A stretch of DNA of 64,000 bases from assembly GCA_040954595.2 (NCBI GenBank), contig CM082588.2, positions 10,090,844 to 10,154,843 on the forward strand. Reading direction: 5' to 3'. The DNA comes from Balanoglossus misakiensis (taxonomy: Eukaryota > Animalia > Hemichordata). The translations under genes and the position numbers were made by a program. The notes under the pieces were generated by a model. It was not told the DNA's origin and did not search any database. It was given only the letters and a program-made list of their open reading frames with translations. The number at the start of each line of letters is the position of its first letter. Position 1 is the stretch's first letter. Below are positions 13,905 to 25,353 of the stretch, in pieces.

Positions 13905-13941
13905 TTAGGGTTAGGGTTAGGGGTTAGGGTTAGGGTTAGGG
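13905..13941 (+). repeat. Interstitial telomeric tract (TTAGGG)6
   Basis: TTAGGG TTAGGG TTAGGGG TTAGGG TTAGGG TTAGGG read directly. Confidence 0.97.
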
Positions 13942-14188
13942 ACTGTGTGTCTAAGGCATTGTCCGCTCACGTCACTTATGTTTATAAACAAATATTTTCT
14001 GTGTTGGTCATCTAAAAGTGGTAAATGTCTAAATATCTCTACAAAGCTGAACTATAATTAAATAATTTCATTTTTGGTTTTATGTACTAAGGATTCAAGT
14101 TCAACAGTAATTAATCTGATAGAATCATGTTTTGGTGAGCAAATAGAAATAAACTTGTCTTGACTATACCCATTCTTATATTTAACAG

Positions 14189-15030
14189 ACTCTAACATCA
14201 AACAAGCTATCATTTCACAAGCTATTGCAGCACACAACGGAAAAACAAAAGGAAAAGGTACAAGACCTCGACCAGAACCAAAGCAGTCAAGGACAAGGTG
14301 AAAAGAACACAAACACTCAGCAACCACATGAACGAAGTAAAGCAGGAACAACATCACACAGCACAGAAAACGTAGCTAGAATTCACATTTGGAATGATAG
14401 AGAAGAAAATTTACTTGTAGTGTTGAGGTCTGACATGGAAGATTTATTTAAAACTAGTGTTAGACATGAGAAGTTGTGGCAGTCCATTGTGTCTAAAATG
14501 GGAGAGGCGGGGGTTTCTGTGTCTGTCACACAGGCAAGGGATAAATGGAAAAATTTAAAAAAAATTATATGGAAGTGATTGATAACCGAAAGAAAACTGG
14601 AGCAGAAAGGAAAACGTGTCGACATTTCAATGAGTTTGATAATTTATATGGGATGAAGGAATCGACACAGCCCACATGTACGATGGATTCGCTTGATTTG
14701 ACGACCGACAAAAGTAAAAATAACACAGACACAGTGACAGAAACAACAACAGAAATGACGACTACAGAACCTACAGAGATAACACCAAGCACATCTGACA
14801 CACATGCAACACCAAGCACATCTGACACACATGCAACACCACGTACACACAGAAAAAGAAACAAAATATCCGACAGAGTATCCCCACAAGATAAATTGAT
14901 GGCTGCAATTACACAAATGGAAAAGAAAAATGATGATTTGTTTGGGATGATGGAAAAACAACATACAGAGAAAATGAGAAGAATGGATAGAATGTTGGAT
15001 TTATACGAGCAGTCTGTCAATAAGAACTAA
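14189..15030 (+). pseudogene. Myb/SANT-like (trihelix) protein, last exon, right arm; frameshifted
   Basis: Acceptor TTTAACAG at 14181-14188. ORFs 14225-14578 and 14545-15030 join across an 8-A run. In-frame 27-bp duplication (PSTSDTHAT) and C-terminal coiled coil. Confidence 0.85.
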
Positions 15031-16083
15031 AGATTACCGTATAATAAATTTGACAAAATTCAAAAATGTTTTATCTAAATGAAATATTTCATAAAGTTTA
15101 TTGTTACTAAACGTTTTCATTGATACTGTTATAGTTGTAGAAGTATCTGAATTTCTGGACAATTGTTAAAATTTTATTGGAGTGTTATATGTTCATACTA
15201 CATGTTCGTGATGATTTTTTTTTTTTTTTTATTTGACAAACTCAATTTTTAATCAGAATTATTCCATGTACACATGATAACCTTAAAAAATATTTTGAAA
15301 ATCTCAAATAATTTATTAGCATTGCTGTTGGCATTTATGTATGTATGGTATGTATGTATTATATGTATGAAGACGTTGAACTTTAAAAACAAATGTAAAA
15401 ATTCAAAAGTCATTACCAATGTTTATAGTTAATAATATGTGATACTTTTTATTTATTACTAGAAATTATTACATCATAACTTATGAAAAACAAATGTAAA
15501 AATGCAAAGTCATTTTCAATGTTTATAGTTAATATATTGATACTCTTTATTTATTAAGTAATTATTGCATAACTTATGAAAAACAAATGTAAAAATGCAA
15601 AGTCATTTTCAATGTTTATAGTTAATATATTGATACTCTTTATTTATTAAGTAATTATTGCATAACTTATGAATGTATTTATTGTCTATAATATTTATTC
15701 TATTATTATTATTGATGGATAAAAGTGAATTCTTTATCTTTAAAAAACATTTGAACCTTTACAATAAATTGTTATATCATATACAAACATAAAGTGTGTT
15801 TTTTTTTTTTTATCCAGGTAAGATTGTACATTTAAAATGTTACCAGCAATAGAAAGTCAGGCTTTGAATCCTTCAATGTCGACTTAACCATATATATTTT
15901 AATCAATAAATATTTCATGTCCAGAGTCACACTTAACACTTCAAATACACAATATGCATAACAAGATGATAAAAAAAACATTTATCCCAGTGCATAACTT
16001 ATTTTTATAACTAAATCAAGAAAAAGGTTTCATTTTCATGTGTGAAAGGCAATCCATTAAGATACCTAATGATGTTGACACTC

Positions 16084-17736
16084 TTAATGTAAATGATTCA
16101 TGAGTTGCTGTCTTCTGGCAATACCCCCAGGTGCATTCACATGAACATTTGGATATTGGTTTGGATCATCAATATGCTGTGGATCTAAATCAATATAGTT
16201 TTCCACATCATCATGATGGATAATACATAGATTGTGAAGAATACAGCCAGAAATTATAGTCTCACACACATCTTCAGGACTATGCATAGGCAATTCTCTG
16301 AGCCATCTAACACGACCCTTTAAATGCCCAATTGATCGTTCAACATTTTGACGGCAGGATGAAAAGACGCGATTGAACCTGCGCTGCTGAATGGTTAAAA
16401 ATCCATTGTCTCTGAAGGGAGTGATAAGCCATTCTCTCAAAGGGTATGCAGAATCACCAATGATGTATCTCCCAGGACCCATAGTTACTTCATTAGTCTC
16501 CAGTCTTGTGTACAGGGAAGAATTTCGAAGGACACGGGCATCGTGTGTACAACCAGGCCATCCAGTGTATGCATTGGTGATTAATAGATTATCATCAACA
16601 ATGACCTGAAAAAAAGGACACTTTTTGTCAAGAATCTCCTACATTTATGTAACTTGATAAAATTCTCAATGGCAGAGACTAACCAACATTTCAACAGGTT
16701 TTATTTTTAAATTCAAGAATGACACATGTCATGATGGAAGATATAAATTTTTCTCTATAAAAAAAAAAAATGAATTTTCTTACCTGAAGTTGCATGGATG
16801 GATAACCTTTCCTATTTATATAGTCTTGAGCTCCACCAATACAACCAGCCAGTCTAATGTGAGTGCCATCAATAATGCCCACTATACCTGGTAAACCACA
16901 ATCAAGCTGAAAACTCTGTGAAATCTCCCTCTGTCGCTCTTGTGTTGGCCACCTGATAACCTACAAATATTGATAAGTCATTTTTCAACATTAATTTTTA
17001 CACATACCTGCAATTATGACAAACATAATATTGGACATTTCAGCTTGCTATACAGAGTGCAGTAGAAAAAAAAATGTTGACACAGAGAACCATAATACTA
17101 AAAGAAAATGCTAAAGGATAATTTTTAACTGTCCCCTTTAATATGTTCTTTGATAGCAATAATTAAACAGAGCTTGAAATTATGCATTACCAACTGTATA
17201 TTATTGAAATGTTAAAATATATTTGTATTCAAAAATAATCCATGAAGATAATCTAGAAAATGTACTTTACAATGTACTTACATCTTTCATCACAGCAATG
17301 ATAGCTTTTGTGACACGCTTTACTGTTGAATGGACTGTGGATTTGGAGAGATTGAAAATGTGACCAACTTCTCTGATGGATTCCTGGTTTACCATGTACC
17401 AAATCCATACCAATAATTGTTTTTCTGGAGGCACTTGAGGGCGGCCACCGCATTGTTCTATTGCCAGTTTGTGGGCGATGCGACCCAGAACAAACGTGAA
17501 GATATCTTTGCAAATACGGAAATGGATGCAAAAATCCTGCAAAGAATACTGAGGTACGATATCTTCGGCAAAATTTTGTATCTTCGGGACGTATTTTCGG
17601 CGCAAAAATAAACAGCTCAGAGAGGCAATGATGGCAGTATTTATTCGGAGTTGCCAAACTGCCGCAGAATCTAAAGATTCATCAAAATCCTCAAAAAAGT
17701 ACGCAAAAACAAGAAATCTTCGAACTCAGTCGCCAT
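16084..17736 (-). pseudogene. Harbinger transposase, right arm. Exons 17736-17282, 16960-16784 and 16605-16084; -1 frameshift near codon 14
   Basis: Mirror of the left copy without the tandem duplication. Poly-T is 6 nt rather than 7, making exon 1 455 bp. Confidence 0.88.
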
Positions 17737-18172
17737 ATTTGTTTACATGGGTTGCTACGCTAGTATCGTTCGTTTGAAATCTCCCGGGTTACGCTTATGC
17801 GCATGCGAACTAGAATGGGATGACGTCAGCGGCAGCTACTCGGGTCGCTACTCGGGTCACAATCGAACTTGGTGATGGGTGATAGGCCTCCTTCGCCTCT
17901 CATCACCTCCTCCCAACATCACCTCCACTGCCTCCTCTGCCTCCTCCCAACATCATGCTTTGCAGAAAGTCCACCAATCAAAGCACGTTCCATATATACT
18001 TAGCCATATCTCAATTTTCCACCAACTTAGGGGACCATGTCTGCCTCCTCCTCCTCCTCAGCTCCTCCTCCTCCTCAGCTCCTCCTCCTCCTCCTCCTCC
18101 TCAGCTCCTCCTCAGCTCCTCCTCAGCTCCTCCTCCCCAAATGAGAGTGCTACGGCTCCAACCTATACTACT

Positions 18173-21100
18173 AAACGAGGCTGTGTTTGGAAGCAACCAT
18201 GGACATTTTAGAACTATCTCTCGATCTACAGAGTCTATAGTGGAAAACTTTCTTATGCACATAGGCCTATCTATGTGTTCTGTGCCTTACAACAGAATTC
18301 GGTAAATAAACGAGGCTGTTTGGAAGCAACCATGGAAATTTTACAACTATCCGTCGATCTACAGAGTCTAGTGGAAAACGTTATTATGCGCATAGGCCTA
18401 TATATGTGTTCTGCGCATCACAACAGAATTTTGTAAACAAACGAGGCTGTGTTTGGAAGCAACCATGGACATTTTAGAACTATCTCTCGATCTACAGAGT
18501 CTATAGTGGAAAACTTTCTTATGCACATATGCCTATCTATGTGTTCTGCGCCTCAAAACAGAATTCCGTAAATAAACGAGGCTGTTTGGAAGCAAACATG
18601 GAAATTTTAGAACTATCTCTCGATCTACAGAGTATAGTGGAAAACGTTCATATGCGCATAGGCCTATCTATGTGTTCTGCGCATCACAACAGAATTTTGT
18701 AAACAAACCAGGCTTTGTTTGGAAGCAACCATGGACATTTTAGAACTATTCGTCGATCTACGGAGTCTAGTGGAAAACTTTCTTATGCGCATAGGCATAT
18801 GTATGTGTTCTACGCATCACAACAGAATTCGGTAAATAAACGAGGCTGTTTGGAAACAACCATGGAAATTTTAGAACTATCCGTTGATCTAAAGTTGAAA
18901 AGTTTTTTATGCGCATAGGCCTATCTATGTGTTCTGCGCCTCACAACAGAAATCGGTAAATAAACGAGGCTGTTTGGAAGCAACCATGGAAATTTTACAA
19001 CTATCTCTCGATCTACAGAGTCTATAGTGGAAAACTTTCTTATTCACATATGCCTATCTATGTGTTCTGCGCCTCAAAACAGAATTCCGCAAATAAACGA
19101 GGCTGTTTGGAAGCAAACATGGAAGTTTTAGAACTATCTCTCGATCTACAGTGTATGGTGGAAAACGTTCATATGCGCATAGGCCTATCTATGTGTTCTG
19201 CGCATCACAACAGAATTTTGTAAACAAACGAGGCTGTGTTTGGTAGCAACCATGGACATTTTAGAACTATCTCTCGATCTACAGAGTCTATAGTGGAAAA
19301 CTTTCTTATGCACATATGCCTATCTATGTGTTCTGCGCCTCACAACAGAATTCGGTAAATAAACGAGGCTGTTTGGAAGCAACCATGGAAATTTTACAAC
19401 TATCCGTCGATCTACGGAGTCTGGTGGAAAACTTTCTTATGCGCATAGCCCTATATATGTGTTCTGCGCCTCACAACAGAAATCAGTAAATAAACGAGGC
19501 TGTTTGGAAGCAACCATGGAAATTTTACAACTATCAGTCCATCTACAGAGTCTGGTGGAAAACTTTCTTATGCGCATAGGCCTATAACGTGTTCTGCGCC
19601 TAACAACAGAATTCGGTAAATAAACGAGGCTGTTTGGAAGCAACCATGGAAATTTTACAACTATCCGTCGATCTACAGAGTCTAGTGGAAAAATGTCTTA
19701 TGCGCATTGGCCTATCATGTGTTCTGCGCCTCACAACAGAAATCAGTAAATAAACGAGGCTGTTTGGAAGCAACCATGGAAATTTTACAACTATCAGTCC
19801 ATCTACAGAGTCTGGTGGAAAACTTTCTTATGCGCATAGGCCTATAACGTGTTCTGCGCCTAACAACAGAATTCGGTAAATAAACGAGGCTGTTTGGAAG
19901 CAACCATGGAAATTTTACAAAAATCCGTCGATCTACAGAGTCTGGTGGAAAACTTTCTTATGCGCATAGGCCTATAACGTGTTCTGCGCCTAACAACAGA
20001 ATTCGGTAAATAAACGAGGCTGTTTGGAAGCAACCATGGAAATTTTACAACTATCCGTCGATCTACAGAGTCTAGTGGAAAACGTTATAATGCGCATAGG
20101 CCTATCTATGTGTTATGCGCATCACAACAGAAATCGGTAAATAAACGAGGCTGTATTTGGAAGCAACCATGAACATTTTACAACTATCCGTCGATCTACA
20201 GAGTCTAGTGGAAAACGTTCTTATGCGCATAGGCCTATATATGTGTTCTGCGCATCACAACAGAATTCGGTAAACAAACGAGGTTGTTTGGAAGCAACCA
20301 TGGAAATTTTACAACTATCCGTCGATCTACAGAGTCTAGTGGAAAAATGTCGTATGCGCATAGGCCTATCATGTGTTCTGCGCCTCAAAACAGAATTCCG
20401 TAAATAAACAAGGCTGTTTGCAAGCAAACATGGAAATTTTACAGCTATCCGTCGATCTACAGAGTCTAGTGGAAAACGTTCTTTTGCGCATAGGCCTATA
20501 TATATGTTATGCGCATCACAACAGAAATCGGTAAATAAACGAGGCTGTATTTGGAAGCAACCATGGACATTTTACAACTATCCGTCGATCTACAGAGTCC
20601 TGTGGAAAACTTTCTAATGCGCATAGGCCTATTACGTGTTCTGCGCCTCACAACAGAATTCCGTAAATAAACGAGGCTGTTTGGAAGCAAACATGGAAAT
20701 TTTACAGCTATCCGTCGATCTACAGAGTCTAGTGGAAAACGTTCTTTTGCGCATAGGCCTATATATGTGTTATGCGCATCACAACAGAAATCGGTAAATA
20801 AACGAGGCTGTATTTGGAAGCAACCGTGGACATTTTACATCTATCCGTCGATCTACAGAGTCTTGTGGAAAACTTTCTAATGCGCATAGGTCTATTACGT
20901 GTTCTGCGCCTCACAACAGAATTCGGTAAATAAACGAGGCTGTTTGGAAGCAACCATGGAAATTTTAGAACTATCCGTCGATCTACAGAGTCTAGTGGAA
21001 AAATGTCTTATGCGCATAGGCCTATCATGTGTTCTGCGCCTCACAACAGAATTTTGTAAACAAACGAGGCTGTGTTTGGAAGCAACCATGGAAATTTTAG

Positions 21101-24100
21101 AACTATCTCTCGATCTACAGAGTCTATAGTGGAAAACTTTCTTATGCACATATGCCTATCTATGTGTTCTGCGCCTCAAAACAGAATTCCGTAAATAAAC
21201 GAGGCTGTTTGGAAGCAAACATGGAAATTTTAGAACTATCTCTCGATCTACAGAGTATAGTGGGAAACGTTCATATGCGCATAGGCCTATATATGTGTTC
21301 TGCGCATCACAACAGAATTTTGTAAACAAACGAGGCTTTGTTTGGAAGCAACCATGGACATTTTAGAACTATCCGTCGATCTACAGAGTCTAGTGGAAAA
21401 ATTTCTTATGCGCATGGGCCTATCATGTGTTCTGCGCCTCACAACAGAAATCGGTAAATAAACGAGGCTGTTTGGAAGCAACCATGGAAATTTTAGAACT
21501 ATCCGTCGACCTTCAGCGTCTAGTGGAAAACTTTTTTATGCGCATAGGCCTATCTATGTGTTCAGAGCCTCACAACAGAAATCGGTAAATAAACGAGGCT
21601 GTTTGGAAACAACCATGGAAATTTTAGAACTATCCGTCGATCTACAGAGTCTAGTGGAAAAATGTCTTATGCGCATAGGCCTATCATGTGTTCTGCGCCT
21701 CACAACAGAAATCGGTAAATAAACGAGGCAGTTTGGAAGCAACCATGGAAATTTTACAGCTATCCGTCGATCTACAGAGTCTAGTGGAAAACGTTCTTAT
21801 GCGCATAGGCCTATATATGTGTTCTGCGCATCACAACAGAATTTTGTAAACAAACGAGGCTGTGTTTGGAAGCAACCATGGAAATTTTAGAACTATCTCT
21901 CGATCTACAGAGTCTATAGTGGAAAACTTTCTTATGCACATATGCCTATCTATGTGTTCTGCGCCTCAAAACAGAATTCCGTAAATAAACGAGGCTGTTT
22001 GGAAGCAAACATGGAAATTTTAGAACTATCTCTCGATCTACAGAGTATAGTGGGAAACGTTCATATGCGCATAGGCCTATATATGTGTTCTGCGCATCAC
22101 AACAGAATTTTGTAAACAAACGAGGCTTTGTTTGGAAGCAACCATGGACATTTTAGAACTATCCGTCGATCTACAGAGTCTAGTGGAAAAATTTCTTATG
22201 CGCATGGGCCTATCATGTGTTCTGCGCCTCACAACAGAAATCGGTAAATAAACGAGGCTGTTTGGAAGCAACCATGGAAATTTTAGAACTATCCGTCGAC
22301 CTTCAGCGTCTAGTGGAAAACTTTTTTATGCGCATAGGCCTATCTATGTGTTCAGAGCCTCACAACAGAAATCGGTAAATAAACGAGGCTGTTTGGAAAC
22401 AACCATGGAAATTTTAGAACTATCCGTCGATCTAAAAGGTCTAGTGGAAAACGTTCTTATGCGCATAGGCCTATCTATGTGTTCTGCGCATCACAACAGA
22501 ATTTTGTAAACAAACGAGGCTGTGTTTTGAGGCAACCATGTATATTTTAGAACTATCTCTCGATCTACAGAGTCTAGTGGAAAACTTTCTTATGCGCATA
22601 GGCCTAGCTATGTGTTCTGCGCATTACAACAGAATTTTGTAAACAAACGAGGTTGTGTTTGGAATCAACCATGGAAATTTTAGAACTATCCGTCGATCTA
22701 CAGTGAAAAAGTTTCTTATGCGCATAGGCCTATCATGTGTTCTGCGCATCACTGCAGAATTTTGTAAACAAACGAGGCTGTGTTTGGAAGCAACCATGGA
22801 AATTTTAGAACTATCCGTCGATCTATAGAGTCTAGTGGAAAACGTTCTTATGCGCATAGGCCTATCTATGTGTTCTGCGCATTACAACAGAATTTGGAAA
22901 TAAACGAGGCTGTGTTTGGAAGCAACCATGGAAATTTTAGAACTATCCGTCGATCTGCAGAGTCTAGTAAAAAACTTTCTTATGCGCATAGGCCTATCAC
23001 GTGTTCTGCGCCTCACAACAGAAATCGGTAAATAAACGAGGCTGTTTGGATGCAACCATGGAAATTTTAGAACTATCCGTCGATCTACAGAGTCTAGTGG
23101 AAAAGTTTCTTATGCACATAGGCCTATCTATGTGATCTGCGCATCACAGCAGAATTCGGTAAATAAACAAGGCTGTTTGAAATCAACCATGGACATTTTA
23201 GAACTATCCGTCGATCTACAGAGTCTAGTGGAAAACTTTCTTATGCGCATAGGCCTAGCTATGTGTTCTGCGCATCACAAAAGAATTTTGTAAACAAACG
23301 AGGCTGTGTTTGGAAGCAACCATGGAAATTTTAGAACTATCTCTCGATCTACAGAGTCTATGGAAATTTTAGAACTATCCGTCGATCTACAGTGAAAAAG
23401 TTTCTTATGCGCATAGGCCTATCATGTGTTCTGCGCATCACTGCAGACTTTTGTAAACAAACGAGACTGTGTTTGGAAGCAACCTTGGAAATTTTAGAAC
23501 TATCTCTCGATCTACAGAGTCTAGTGGAAAACTTTCTAATGCGCATAGGCCTATCACGTGTTCTGCGCCTCACAACATAATTCGGTAAATAAACGAGGCT
23601 GTTTGGAAGCAAGTATGGATATTTTAGAACTATCCGTCGATCTACAGAGTCTAGTGGAAAAATTCTTATGCGCATAGGCCTATCATGTGTTCTGCGCATC
23701 ACAACAGAATTCATTAAATAAACGAGGCTGTTTGGAAGCAACCATGGACATTTTAGAACTATCCGTCGATCTACAGAGTCTAGTGGAAAAATTTCTTATG
23801 CGCATAGGCCTATCATGTGTTCTGCGCCTCACAACAGAAATCGGTAAATTAACGAGGCTGTTTGGAAGCAACCATGGCAATTTTAGAACTATCCGTCGAT
23901 CTACAGAGTCTAGTGGAAAACTTTCTTATGCGCATAGGCCTATCACGTGTTCTGCGCCTAACAACAGAATTCGGTAAATAAACGAGGCTGTTTGGAAGCA
24001 ACTATGGAAATTTTAGAACTACCCGTCGATCTACAGAGTCTAGTGGAAAAATTTCTTATGCGCATAGTCCTATCATGTGTTCTGCGCATCACAACAGAAT

Positions 24101-25006
24101 TCGGTAAATAAACGAGGCTGTTTGGAAGCAACCATTGAAATTTTACAACTATCCGTCGATCTACAGAGTATAGTGGAAAACTTTCTTATGCGTATAGGCC
24201 TATCATGTGTTCAGCGCCTCACAACAGAAATCGGTAAATAAACGAGGCTGTTTAGAAGCACCCATGTAAATTTTAGAACTATCCATCGATCTACAGAGTC
24301 TAGTGGAAAACGTTCTTTTGCGCATAGGCCTATCTATGTGTTCTGCGCATCACAAAATAATTTTGTAAACAAACGAGGCTGTTTGGAAGCAACCACGGAA
24401 ATTTTTGAACTATCTCTCGATCTACACAGTCTAGTGGAAAAATTTCTTATGAGCATGGGCCTATCATGTGTTCTGCGCCTCACAACAGAAATCGGTAAAT
24501 AAACGAGGCTGTTTGGAAGCAACCATGGAAATTTTAGAACTATCCGTCGATCTTCAGCGTCTAGTGGAAAACTTTCTTATGCGCATAGGCCTATCTATGT
24601 GTTCAGCGCCTCACAACAGAAATCGGTAAATAAACGAGGCTGTTTGGAAACAACCATGGAAATTTTAGAACTATCCGTCGATCTAAAAGGTCTAGTGGAA
24701 AACGTTCTTATGCGCATAGGCCTATCTATGTGTTCTGCGCATCACAACAGATTTTTGTAAACAAACGAGGCTGTGTTTTGAGGCAACCATGGATATTTTA
24801 GAACTATCTCTCGATCTACAGAGTCTAGTGGAAAACTTTCTTATGCACATAGGCCTATCTATGTGTTATGTGCCTCACAACAGAATTCGGTAAACAAACG
24901 AGGTTGTTTGGAAGCAACCATGGGCATTTTGGAACTATCCGTCGATCCACAGAGTCTAGTGGAAAACGTTCTTATGCGCATAGGCCTATCTATGTGTTCT
25001 GCGCAT
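18173..25006. repeat. Same ~131-bp satellite, right block; diverges towards its edge at ~25006
   Basis: Same monomer. It resumes in exact register with the unit interrupted at 3804 (18179 onward matches 1311 onward). A 790-bp (6-mer) duplication gives identical ORFs at 21287 and 22077. More substitutions and indels appear after ~22400. Confidence 0.98.
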
Positions 25007-25084
25007 TTTACTTTTGCCACTCCACTCAAAGTAAGCATCGGTGTGGTGGTGTGGCAAGTAGTCTGCCCTTGTACACTAGACAAA

Positions 25085-25353
25085 CCAGGCAATAAATGAA
25101 ATGTAGCGAAGAATGGAGGGGTGGGTGTGGGATGGGGTGTCCCCCTCCCATATTAGAAAATCTTGTAAAATTAAGGGCGCGAAACTGCAATTTTGTGGAC
25201 TCAAAGCAAAAGTTTTGCGGCAAAAGTATGTGACCCCCTAAACGTTTAAAAAAAAAAGATTACCCCCACTTTCGGACTTCAAAATTTAAGTGACCCCCCC
25301 CCCCCCCTGGATTTTGCCGCCCCACCCGGCCGTAAAAACTGAATGGTCCCTTA
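25085..25353. mobile_element. Probable right end of a non-autonomous DNA transposon (Harbinger-like terminus ...GAATGGTCCC|TTA)
   Basis: Poly-C subterminal tracts ending CCC followed by TTA; partner end not seen. Confidence 0.35.

Larger units (their letters stand above)
3805..18172. mobile_element. 14,368-bp palindromic element with Polinton/Maverick-like termini and 6-bp TSD; non-autonomous, carries a Harbinger gene pair in each arm
   Basis: Left end AGTAGTATAGGTTGGAGCCGTAGCACTCTCATTTGGGG is the exact reverse complement of the right end. AAACGA is duplicated at 3799-3804 and 18173-18178 but single at the empty site 1305-1310. The offset between identical ORFs at 1847 and 18715 is 16868 = 2494+14368+6. 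Boundaries are certain; the Polinton assignment rests on the termini and TSD only. Confidence 0.85.

Noticed and set aside
14544-14560. Programmed ribosomal frameshift at TTTAAAAAAAA in the Myb gene
   Set aside because: The two arms would need opposite shifts (8 vs 10 A); DNA slippage or sequencing error is simpler.
3805-18172. Whole element as an ordinary or composite Harbinger transposon
   Set aside because: The 6-bp TSD and AGTAGT termini do not fit Harbinger chemistry (3-bp TAA/TTA).
1-25006. Regular repeats as a CRISPR array, and the many 60-130 aa ORFs within them
   Set aside because: Monomers are contiguous with no unique spacers, there are no cas genes and the context is eukaryotic. 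The ORFs are translations of the satellite.
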